From: Dimorphilus gyrociliatus
Lineage: Eukaryota > Animalia > Annelida
Length of the DNA stretch: 64,000 nt
Assembly (NCBI GenBank): GCA_904063045.1
Contig: CAJFCJ010000006.1
Coordinates: forward strand, 1,785,463-1,849,462
Direction of reading: 5' to 3'
Every line of letters begins with the position of its first letter. Position 1 is the stretch's first letter. Made by a program: the position numbers and the translations under genes. A model generated the notes under the pieces. It was not told the DNA's origin. It saw nothing but the letters and a program-made list of their open reading frames with translations, and made no database searches. This document shows positions 12,846 to 24,977 of this stretch, piece by piece.

Positions 12846-14556
12846 ATGGATAATAGAAAAGGAGAAGAATCGTTTTTTCTTAAGGAAAGTATTCTGGAAA
12901 AGGACGAAGTTGTTTTGGGAATTGACGTAGGTAATGAATAGATGAATATAGTTGATGTTTTCATTCTCTGACAGCTGTTTTTAATAATGTTTAAAAAAAA
13001 AAGAAAAAAAAAACCATAGGTGTACAGCCATACTGTATGGATTATACAGTTGTTGTTTGTTTATGACAACATACTGATTTGTTTTCATCATTGCATCTAA
13101 ACGGCTAAACAATAATGCATTTATTTAATATTCAGGGACTACTTTGATCAAAGTATGCGTCGCACGCTATAAGGTAAAATTTAATTGCAGTGAATGCGTA
13201 CCTCTCTTTCGGTATACATGTACTCTTTAAGAATAAATATTTGTCCATATTGTTTTCACCTTAGACGTTATCTTTCGAAATTTTTAACAAACAAGAAGTG
13301 GATAAACTAGGAGGATTTTTAAAGGATTTAAAAGATGATGTAACCCATTGTTCAGGGTGTGGTATATCAATAAGAAGTTTTCAGAGTTTCTTTGAACAGG
13401 CTCTTGAAATTAAGTAAGAAACAAAATTATCTGATTATTTACAATCATAGTTTGAATATTTATAAATGGAATTTATTCGCAAAACGTTTATTCTTAACTT
13501 GAGGATGAAAATCGACGATAGCGAACTGACTACAATGGCCCGTGGACTACGATTTCTCGCTTCTGATATAGATAAACCATACTTCGTTTCGAATGGTAAA
13601 AGGTTAACGCAAGTACCCACTAAAGATATTCTTATTGCGTCGTTCGGTTCGACTGGTCAGTTTCTGAAAGTGGGGGAAAATATTAACGATATTCATATGG
13701 TTGCGGCTAATGGTGAAGGTGGAAGTAGCTTTCTTGGACTCTCCAGAATAATCACAAGGAAAAATAGCGTACGATTGTTGTAGAATTAGATCTTTATTCA
13801 TTTAATATCAAAGCTCTTCTTTTTGAACAGTTAACAAATTCGGAAGCCATTTTATTGGCCAGTGCAGGAGACGCATGGAAAATTGACTTAAAAATAGCTG
13901 AATTAAAGAAGCACTCTGATCAATTGAGAGAGCAAATTTCGGAAGAGAATTCTAAGAATAATGCTAGCAATTACGGACTCTACCCAGGGGATATGCTATC
14001 ATCAAAATTTGGAAGAGTATCCCAAAACTTGGTAGATGTTAAAGGTTTCTTAATTTTTTTTATTTTTAGAAACAATTTACCATAAAAAATAAAACTAAAC
14101 TATAAATAAATTGGAAATGGTAAAAATAGATGCAAAGATTGAGGATGTGTCGGCGGCGGTACTTCATTCAATAGTTTCAAACGAAACGAGGACAATGTAC
14201 CTGGCAGCTAAAATGGAAAAAATAGAAAACGTATTCATCTGTGGTAATTTTATGTCATATTCATTGGTCAAAGATATCTGTCGTAAGACGGTCGAACAGT
14301 GCGAGCACTTTCTTAAGGTTAAGACTCATTTTTCCTCTTAATTCTTCCTCTCTCTCTCTCTCTTTCCCTCTTTGTCTATCTATCTATCTATCTATCTATC
14401 TCTCTCTCTATCTCTTTCTTTCTATGTCTTCCTGTATTTTTCAAATTTTATTGTTTTATATAGCACAAGTTGAGGATGATCTTTGTGGAGCCAATTGGCC
14501 ATCTGACGGCTATTGGAGCATTGGCAATAGCTTTCGAAAAGATAAAAATATCTTAA
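12846..14556 (+). CDS. Divergent type II pantothenate kinase-like protein (Fumble/ASKHA fold)
   Basis: Spliced motifs GIDVGTTLIK, DSELTTMARG, GGSSFLGLSRII, AGDAWKIDLKI, SSKFGR, VLHSIVSNETR, VFICGNF and GHLTAIGAL are colinear with type II PanK. Confidence 0.75.
14347..14420. repeat. (TC)n/(TCTA)n microsatellite in a PanK-like intron
   Basis: Direct reading of the sequence. Confidence 0.9.
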
Positions 14557-15258
14557 AATGTATTTATTTTGCTATTTTCCCCCGCTGAAAACGTATGAAA
14601 AAGAGGATATTTCACTTCACAAGGGTTTTTTTTCCCAATTTTATTGCAGGATGTGAAATTTTTTAGTCTATTTTTTTTCAGTTTTAGCATTAAAATCTCT
14701 TTTTTATAGTAGAATTTTGAAACAAATAAGTAAAAAAAATTTTATTTGTGTTTGTGTGTATGTTATTTTCTAAAATCTTACTAGATCATCTATAAATAAC
14801 AATTAACAAAAAACATATAGTAGTTAATCATAAAAGAAATATAGTATATAGCCCCACCTATCGGTTGATACTGCAATAAATAAGACCCAAATTGTGAATT
14901 TTGTAATAACTAAGAGCGTTATATTACCAAAAATGAATTGAGAAGTGAATAAATGAAGTATAATAGAGAATCATAGTTATCTTATCAATATAATTCAAGA
15001 TAGTGATTACATATTAACACATATATATATATACAGTATATACAGTTTAGTGTATATATCTTTTTGTATTATAGAGCATATTAAAACTGATATCTATATG
15101 TGTACATGTGTTTTTATATAAACATATACAGTATATGTACAGTATATGCTTTTCATAAAAGTATATATATATACTAATATATTTAATATATCTCGTTGCA
15201 TCCATTCAAAATTCAATACAAGCCTATCAAAGGTGATAATACAGGAGAAGCTTCTCAA

Positions 15259-16406
15259 ATGAGGAAAAACACTTCAAATTATGAAATATAGTACGTTAAT
15301 TATTACTTAATTAATTACATTGATTTACAAGTATTTGTTTAATTTGATATTGTTTGTCATGATAAAAAAAAATAGAAGGAATTTTTTCGGCTGTTGCCTT
15401 TGGACTGACAACGATGGGAACATCGGCAATGGTTGTTGTATTTCGTAGTAGTTCCCTTAGCTGGACAGGTAAGATAATCCAATTAATCTAATTATTAATC
15501 TAACAGCTAATTATATAAAAATATATATTTAATTCAGTAAAAAACTTGATAGTATGGATAATAGCTTTAGCGCTTTTTCTACTATGGTCTTGGTATGTTT
15601 TTTGTTATGACTTTTTCAATATTTATTTATATATTAATAAATTATATTATCGTGACTTTTTTTGTCTATTAGGTTCCTTTGGTCGAAAAAAATCAAGATT
15701 TTCTTTAAAAGGTTTATATATACAGTGTTTATTTCTTTAATGATGGTTCTTTTTCTAATTATTATATCTTTTTGGATAGAATTTGCTCTAGAAATCAACC
15801 AACAAACAATACGGTAAATTATCAGAATAGAGCATCGCCTAAAAGAGGATTAGAAGGTTTTAAATTGTATGTATTCGTTTTTTTTTCATTCCTTATTGAT
15901 GACGAGTATGACGTTATAAGTTTAATTGGTTATCTTTATTTAGTTCTATGAAAGGTACCGAAAAGATAATTATTACAAAGGATAACTCAGAATGTATTAT
16001 CTGCCGAGAGAACTATAAAGATTCTTCAGAGGGTCCGCTTCTTGCTGCGCTACCTAGTTGCGGTCACTTTTATCACAATGATTGTATAAGCAAATGGTTG
16101 TTTCATCAGTTTGATCAAAAACTGGAGACTTCCTGTCCCGTTTGCAGGACTGCCGTCATCTTAAACGTTTCAGAGAATATTGCGGAAATACGGATTATAA
16201 ACCCGAGCGATATAATTTTTGATCTAAGTGAAGATACAGATAGCATTTATAAAATTTCCTCGGCAAGTTCCTCATCTCCAGACAATCCTTCTTCTACTGT
16301 GCATGTTCCTATTAAATGTGAGGACGAATTATCATTTTCAATTGAAATGGACAATCGTCAAAAATATCCTAGAATATTACAAATTGATAAATATGGGACA
16401 AATTGA
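15259..16406 (+). CDS. Membrane-anchored RING-H2 E3 ubiquitin ligase-like protein (5' exons approximate)
   Basis: CIIC...CGHFYHNDCISKW...CPVC fits C3H2C3 RING-H2. Upstream short exons encode hydrophobic segments (IFSAVAFGLTTMG; LIVWIIALALFLLWS). Confidence 0.75.
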
Positions 16407-18043
16407 ATCATAAGATTAAGAAACTTACTTTATTTGTATTGAAATCAAATTTATACATGTATAGAGTTAATGATTTTGTTTTTAAGCATTATAATTGATT
16501 TGATATACAGTATTGTTACTATTTACGATTAAGTCCTTCTTCTTCTATCTAACGAAAAGCCTAGATATTATCTACCATATTTCTCTTTATCTTTAAGTTA
16601 ATGACACTGTTTTAAACATCGTAAAAATGAAATTGGGACATGCTAATCATAGATAATGTTTTTTAAATGACTAATATTTTGAACACTCCTCCCTCTTTTA
16701 ATTTTTATATATTTTGTTTCTTTATTGGTTTATTATCTTTCTATTTCTTTCTCTCTCTCTCTCTTCCTAAAAAAAATCAGATACCTTAATTTTTTCTACC
16801 ATTATTATTATGTCATACAAATATAATATCACTTCAAATTGAAATGTTTACAATCTATAATCTTTCGCTAAATTCAAGATAACAATAAATTAAAGAGATT
16901 ATTTCAAATATTTTAGCTATTCGACTAATTTTTGAACAATAGGGCCATCTTGTAGCCGAAATAAAGCGCATTTTCTTTTATTTAAGGAAATCGATGAACG
17001 TAAAATAAAATGAAAATAATTTTCTTCTAACATCAGTCTAATAACTGTTCAGTGAACTGATTTATGTTCATTAAATGGAATAAAGGAGACATTTTTCCTT
17101 TTTTTTTCAATTAAATAACATAAATAATAGTTAAAGAAGTAAAAGAAAAACAGTTAAAGTAGTATAATAGATTTCATGTTTTTTTATTTCTCAAAAGGAA
17201 GAAGTTAGTGATATATTCTCTTTGTCTCTCCGTCTCTCTTTCTCTTTGTTTTTACTTTTTGAATGTTAAATATTTAATTTTGGCTTGATTGATATCGTCA
17301 ATCTTCCTATTTAATTTCCCTAATAAGTTTTGAACTAATATTTAATTGAACTTGAAGGGGAGCCGCATGATTCTTTCATGTATTTGTTAACAATTTATCA
17401 TTATCGTGGTCCGTAATTTACATATAAGATACTAGATAATACAGATTAAATAAATACAGATTTCCACCTAATGTTTCTCTTTCTATGTATGTTTTACTGA
17501 TAATCCATTACAGAATAATCCTTTTTAAATAGTACGGTATAAAACTTTCACAAATATAATGATTTTAATGCCTTAATAACGGATTAATATACGATATAGA
17601 GAGATTAAGAGATAAAAAGTATTAATGGATATGTAATTATCAGAAGCTTCCGCCTAACGAATTGTGAATTATACAAAGGCATTGTCAATGGTTATTTAGT
17701 GTATTTAATTCTTATCTTATACCTTTAATGAAATATAATAGAGAACATTATTTTTACAAAGGATAAAAGTAGTTCAAAAGAGTTTTAGTCATAATTTCAT
17801 GATGAATAATAGAAAATAATTACGCAAATTTTGAAATTATATTCAAAAGGACACTAACAATTCTTTAAAGTTAAAGGCTAATAAGACATTAGTGTAATTT
17901 TACTGTAGAATTTTACAATTAATCGTAGAATTTTAACATTTATTTGATATTTTGCTAAAATTACTTTTAAGCTAGCAAATTTCTAGTTATAATCAAACTT
18001 TTAGGAGATAAGAGAAAGAGAAGAAGTAGAAGATTAAAGGGAA

Positions 18044-18057
18044 AGAGAGAGAGAGCA

Positions 18058-18120
<63 letters not shown>
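18044..18120. repeat. Compound (GA)n(GACA)n microsatellite
   Basis: Direct reading of the sequence. Confidence 0.9.
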
Positions 18121-18121
<1 letters not shown>

Positions 18122-20774
18122 GGAGAAGAATTAACAAACAAGTGATGTATTAGTTGACTAGTATGGAATCAGAGTGAAAGGAAGAAAGGGAAAAGGAGTG
18201 CTTTGGATTAGTAATAAAGAAGTTTATCGCTATAGTCTATAAAGCATCTATAAGAAGAATATCTTTAGAAAAGTGCCCACATTCCAAGTAAAAACAAGCG
18301 GTTCTCTTTTCCAAAAGCAGAATCAATGAACGTTGAACAAAATAGCGGAAGTCAACCAGCAAAAGCTAACAAGCCGTTTAATTTACTTTCAAAAGCGATT
18401 AATTCCAATATCAATCATAATTTTTAGGAATATAAATACATTTATATATTAGCATAATATACGAATAAACTAACAAACTTGTATTCTTATTTGTTACATT
18501 ATGACAAAAATGTATTACACTTTTAAGAACAAAAGGGAGAACTGGAGTTGTTTTTGAAAAGGGAATAATAAATAAAACGGTCTCTTTCTTTATTTTATAC
18601 ACATTTAGGCGGATTGATGGATGGATGGATAGATGGAATAGGAAAAAAACGGAAAACAAATAAATAAAAAACACACAACTTGACAAGAAATAGTATTGAA
18701 TATCAGTTTGTGATAATCTTTAAGATGAGATATAAGGATCTAATGTAGCAAAAACAGGGGGATATATACAGGAAGCAGAGAATATACTGAAAGCATTAGA
18801 TAAAACAGTAAATCTATATATATATACTGTATATATAGGTAACTTTGCTGTAAAGAAAGGGTTGTTAACTTTACCTATTGCTTAGGTATTTCATTATTTC
18901 TATTTAGGACTCCTCTTATTCTATCACATAATACTTTAATAGATTATAGCTGTGACACCGAGCACAATACTCTGAGGCATTTTGACAGACGATCTGACAC
19001 CATATATTTAACTAGAGAAATTCTCCATACTTCACAAATATTAATAGGATGATAATCAATTTTTCTCTCGTCCCGAAACAAAATAGCAAGTCACTTAATT
19101 AACTGAAAAGAATTGAAAATAGGCTTAAGTTAGTTAGAGATTTTAAATATTAAAAAAATTCAATATTAAACGTTGTTGAATGTATTAACTGTTATGCTAA
19201 GAACAAAAAAAGGGGGAAACGCAATAGTCTACATATGAAAATCTAATATTTCCTAAACTATATTTAGCAAAGTCAGCAATTGATATTTATTTATTATATT
19301 CGAGGTAAGCTGGTACAATAAAACATACTATTTTTATTTACAAAGGGAGAGTATAGATTTTCGAAATGATATATCAAAATTGTCAAGTTACCGGAAAATA
19401 AAGAAATTTAAGTACATTTTTACATTCTTGTATAAATTGAGAGACAACGAAAGAAAGAGAGAGAGCGATAGAGAGGTAATGAAGAGGAATGAATTTTTAT
19501 GTTACTATTTCATTTGTATATATGTTTACAAATATATATTTATATACTAAATTCTGCCTTCTCTTTTGTGAAAGTTGGCTTTGTAACTTTTTGAATAAGC
19601 TAATATCTTTTGTACAAGTAAAGACGAGAAGCTAGCAAATGAAAGCAAAATAAAGAAAAATATATTAACCCTAAGTAACAAACGTCCTATATTATTGCCC
19701 TTTTTTTGAAATAAATTGATTACTCCTTCCCTTTTACCCCCCACAGTTTAGCAAACAATTCAATAATCTAGTTTAATATATACAGCACTTTCTTCTCTTT
19801 CTACTTGTTTATTTGAGTGTTAAAAATGCACTTTTCAGAATTATATTAATTAATAATTTATAGAAATATATTAAAAATCTAGAAATATAAGTTATAAGTG
19901 AAATCAAGCAAATTTAATAAGGAATGTAGACATTTTTTTAAATAGATTCTTCTAAGGTAAAGTGAGAAGGGAGGTAACTTTTAATGAAAATATCTTACTA
20001 AGCATTGTAAAAATTAATAATAAGAATAAAGCGTTAAGAGAGAGAGAGCATATATATATACTAATATATAAATTTTATATATGTGTGTAGAAGGGAGGTG
20101 ATAGAAAGAAGGGAGAAAAAAAATGGTTTAGAGAAGGAGGATAGGTGAGAAAAGTAAATTTTTATCTTAATTTAATCTAATATTAACTTACTATAATATG
20201 TAAGAATGGGTATTAAAAGAAATGCCCTCTTTCTTGGAGATATACAATCACGTGATTTTATAAAAACAAGAATCAACTAATGAGAATAAATCACCGCCGC
20301 TCCAAAAAGGATAGGAAGTAAACTATAGTAGTAAATTGAATAGCTTCTAATAGTAAACATCACATTGTTGATAGTAAACAAATAGAAATAAAAAATATAT
20401 TAATGAGCAAAAGAAAGAATATAAAGTTTAAAGACTTTTCCCGTCTAATAGAATGAATAATAAACCTCTTGAATAAATAAGCTTAATAACGCTAAATTTT
20501 CCATTATTAACCTATTGATTATCCACACTATAGATTAAAATATATTTTAATAATATCAGATACATTGTTTTGTAAATAAATACGTTTTTATATAATCAAT
20601 AAATTTGGAACAAATGAAATTGCCCTTCTTGTGAATATCGAGTAAAAAAGCAGAGTAAACTGTTAATCCTAATTTATTCTTTTCTCTGAGAGAGAAATAT
20701 TGATAACAATATCTACCTGCCAATATAAATTGGCTATTCTAATACACTTAATAATAAAAGCTAAGAGAAGAGCA

Positions 20775-21862
20775 ATGAGAAAAACTTCTTTACCTATTTT
20801 AATTTTATTTATAGTTGTACTAGTTACGTTCTTATCATATAATTTTAAAGAAGATGTAAAAAGGAATACTAAAGATAAGGCTTTTGTAAAAGTTGATAAA
20901 GAAAACGATGGAAGAGACAAGAAAATCGGTCTGAAGTCGCCTGAAGGTAGAATAACATCTTTACTAGAAAAGTCAAACCATAGTTTAGTCCCAAATATTG
21001 TTCATTATGTATGGTTCTCTGTTGATGAACGGTTGAAATTTCACCAAATGATTAGTATCCGTTCAGCATATTTATTTATTAAACCGGAAATGATTATTTT
21101 ACATTGTGATAACGAACCTGTAGGTCGTTGGTGGAAATATGTTAAGAATTTTGTAAAAACTTTGATAATAAGAAAGACAACCCCTCCCAGGGAAATTCTA
21201 GGAAAGAGGCTAGTCAAAGTAGAACATCAATCTGATATTGCAAGAATCCAAATATTACAGCAGTATGGAGGAATTTATTTGGATTTTGACGTAATAGCTT
21301 TAAAATCATTCAAAAATTTACGATATTATAATTTTACTATGGGATTAGAATATTTCGGGACTCCTGGTAAGTGCTTTATAAATAGACTTACATTAATCTA
21401 ACTCAACTATATATTTTTTCAATTCTTTTTTCTTTTCGTCTTCCTGAATCGTGTCTAATATTTGTTTAAGGGAGATTAAACAACGGGATAATTATATCTG
21501 AGAGAAACGCAACTTTCCTTCGAATGTGGTTAGACAGCTATAAAACATTCAATCCTTCCGAATGGGATGAGCATGATTGTCAAGAACCTTATAAATTAAT
21601 GTTTAAATATCCACACCTTGTTCATATTGAGGAGAAGACTCTAAATTATCCTTCTGGAAAGCCTACTGAATTAAAACTAATTTATGAAGGTCTTTATAAT
21701 TGGACTGCCAATTATGCAATTCACACTTGGTATAGATTATACGAATTAGAACATGGCCCAGATTCAATTAAAACAATGAATACTACTTACGGAGAAATCT
21801 GTAGATTGATCTATTATGGAAATTCAACTTTAATTAAGCCAAAAACTCGGTTAAAGGGTTAG
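20775..21862 (+). CDS. GT32-family (DxD) glycosyltransferase, alpha-1,4-GlcNAc/Gal transferase-like, type II membrane protein
   Basis: N-terminal TM ILILFIVVLVTFLSY; VPNIVHYVWF; EHQSDIARIQILQQYGGIYLDFDV; YAIHTW. Two exons with an intron at about 21368-21470. Confidence 0.9.
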
Positions 21863-22411
21863 TCAACGACTGGGTATTCTATTTCTGGACATCGTAATAG
21901 AATCTATCTAAAATTATCTGGTAATTATAGATTAATTTTTTACCTGGGAATATAATATAATATGCTTTAAAAGCGATTTTCTTGGAAAACTACTCAAAAG
22001 AGCACAGTTATTTTTAAAGATGTTTGTCCTTAAAGTTCAAATGTTTGTTGAAGGAAAAAAGATTCTATTTACAATTGCAACATACTGTATATTATGAGTT
22101 TTTTAATTCATACTTCTATTAATACAATTTTAATAAATAGATTAAACTACTATATATATATATAAATATGTATATTAGAAGAATTTTCATCCATTTTGCG
22201 ATGACTAAATGGTACAACTCTTTACAGTATATAGTAGATACTATATGCATATTAATTTTCAAGTATACGCGGTATACTCTACAATACCAATAGGTGGCGG
22301 TATTTCTTATATAACTGCAATAGTATATATACTGTGTATATATCTATCTAAGTTTATTGGAAGAAATTTTGATATTGATTGCTAGGATAAAAATAAGGGG
22401 TAAAAAACAAT

Positions 22412-22416
<5 letters not shown>

Positions 22417-22445
<29 letters not shown>

Positions 22446-22490
22446 CAAAAAAAGAGGATAGAGAGGTGAAAGAGGTGAGAGAAGGGGGAA

Positions 22491-22564
<74 letters not shown>
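22417..22564. repeat. (GA)n and compound (GA)n(GACA)n microsatellites
   Basis: Direct reading of the sequence. Confidence 0.9.
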
Positions 22565-22565
<1 letters not shown>

Positions 22566-22713
22566 GTTAGGCAGACAGATGGATAGGATAATATAAATTA
22601 ATAAAAAAAAGCATTCCTTTTCATTTCTGTGTAAAAGTTAAAAAGAAAAATCTTTATAAAGACAAACATGTTTTTCCACATATGCATATGACGGTATATG
22701 TATATTTAAACAC

Positions 22714-22745
<32 letters not shown>

Positions 22746-24503
22746 CTGTATATACTATATAGTTTACGTAGTATTTTATACATTCATCATATACGCGTAA
22801 ACATTTTCACTATACTATCCTTCTCTTCATCTATATATCTTTGCTTTCGCCAATCCCAAAACCAAAACATTGCTGCATCTCTTTATAAAACCATATGGAT
22901 TATTAAGTAGAATCGTTTATTGTATTATCATAGTTAGGCCTAATTTTTCGTGGGGTAATTTGTTCGCAGCAACCAACTTCTTACAGCTAATCCGAATCAA
23001 TAAATTGTTCATTTAATTAACGAGTACATTAATTACTCTTCAATCATGTGAATCTTAACTCGTTAAATTAATATCTTGTAGCATATAGACTTTTCACATC
23101 TAGGCCTATTATTATATGTTTAACTCAAATCATGTTGTCTTACTTATCATATATTTCTTCTGTCGACTAAATGAAGCTATTAAGTTTAAATAAATGATTC
23201 CTGAAAAGGAGGGATAAGATTATGTGAAAGAGAATGAAAATGAAGAGAGAAAAGGTGCTGTTCTCCTCCTCTAACCTTTGTCATTGGAAAGGACGACTGA
23301 TTCCACGAAACCGGAAGGACGATTAATACGTAAGGTGTGAAGTATACAAGAGATTATTAAAGTGGGGACATTTTTCTTATTGGAATCCTTACTATCCAGC
23401 TCCATCATTACAGAGTTGAAGAGCGTAAAATATATTCCTTTTCATGGAGGAAAAAAAGAAGTTTTTTTTATACGCATCAACTAATTCAGTTGTTTTCACT
23501 CAATTCTAACACAACCTGTTTATGTGAATATGAAAAGAAATTTATATGTAAAAATTCTTCCTGCCGTCACCAAGATTAGCGGGAACACGGCTGGGTCTAT
23601 TTGTAAATTCCTCTTTACGGTAAGAGGAATGTTTTTTCCTTTCATGCGGTTACGTTCCTATCTTAATCGATTATCAAAATATAAAAAAGATAAGATTAAG
23701 GATAAAAAACTAAGGGTGGAAAGAGAGAAAAGAGTGAAAAAGAAATCGTGACAAACGTTTAAATTCAATCCCTATTATTCGAGTGTGAATTATAGCTTGA
23801 TTTCAGCTAATTTTCAATGAAATACTTAGAATTTCTCTGTTGTTTTCTCTTTTCTCTATAAATTTATAGGTTGCGGATAAATAAATAAGGATGTAAGAAA
23901 ATACTGCGGAATATATGAATGAATGACAAAAAGAGAAAGAAAGCGAAAGAAAATGAAACCCATCTATTCGTCGGTATATTTCTTATAATGAAATCTGGCC
24001 ACAGCTAAAACAATTTGAAATCGTTAAGGTGACAACCATCCAAATAGCAATAGGCAGTTAGCTACAGAGACTGGGTCAAAGATGGAAGATATGTTTAAGA
24101 AGAAAAAACTAATAAAAAATGATCATATATTGAGGAATATCGTGTATAGTCAATACTTTGTATATAGCTACCTATATATTAATAAATAAGTGCATCTAAC
24201 AAACAATATGTTTGTAAAAAGAAAGGCATAGTCTGGATAGAAGAAAGGAATGATATATATATATAAAACTCTCCTAAATGGGCGAATAAACCTGATCAGA
24301 TAAACAAATTAAAAACAATAGCACGATCAGAATATTTTTCCTTCGGTGTGTTTTTTTGTTGTACAAGAAGAAAATAAAACTTCAGTTGAACGACGATAGA
24401 TCAGCGGACGTCCTGAAGTAAAACGGATGAAGTAATGGAATTAAATGGCCTGGATAAAAAGTGGGAGAAGAGTCGAGAGAGAAAAAAATATAGAGAGGGT
24501 AGA

Positions 24504-24504
24504 A

Positions 24505-24540
<36 letters not shown>
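24504..24540. repeat. (GA)n microsatellite
   Basis: Direct reading of the sequence. Confidence 0.9.
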
Positions 24541-24544
<4 letters not shown>

Positions 24545-24965
24545 AGAGGTTGAAGGGGAAGATGTGAGAGAATGAGAGACAGAGACATCGAATGGCAAAG
24601 AAGTTTTTTTTTATTTTTTTTATTTCTTTGTAAACAATATTAAATTTTTTTTCCTTTACAAACATTGTTTGTCAATAATAACATAAAAAAACCAATTTTC
24701 CAACTTTTTACTATGGCAATATACTCTATATTAACAAGAACACCCTATGAATACTGTTCATTATCTTATTTCCTAAATTTTCTTTTAACCCATTGTACTT
24801 AACAGATGTACATTTAAAGAGTCCTTTTACTATTTAATTACCTTGATTTCATAAATTTTCCAAGTAAAATACAGCTATTTCCTAATTAAGTTCTTAATAA
24901 ATTGACAGTGGTACACACCGAACAGCGTTTACTCTATTCAAATATTTACGGAGAAATGATGGAAT

Positions 24966-24977
24966 TGCGCATGCGCA
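24966..24977. promoter_or_regulatory. Perfect NRF1-type palindrome TGCGCATGCGCA
   Basis: Exact 12-bp consensus inside a locally CpG-richer patch. Confidence 0.5.
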
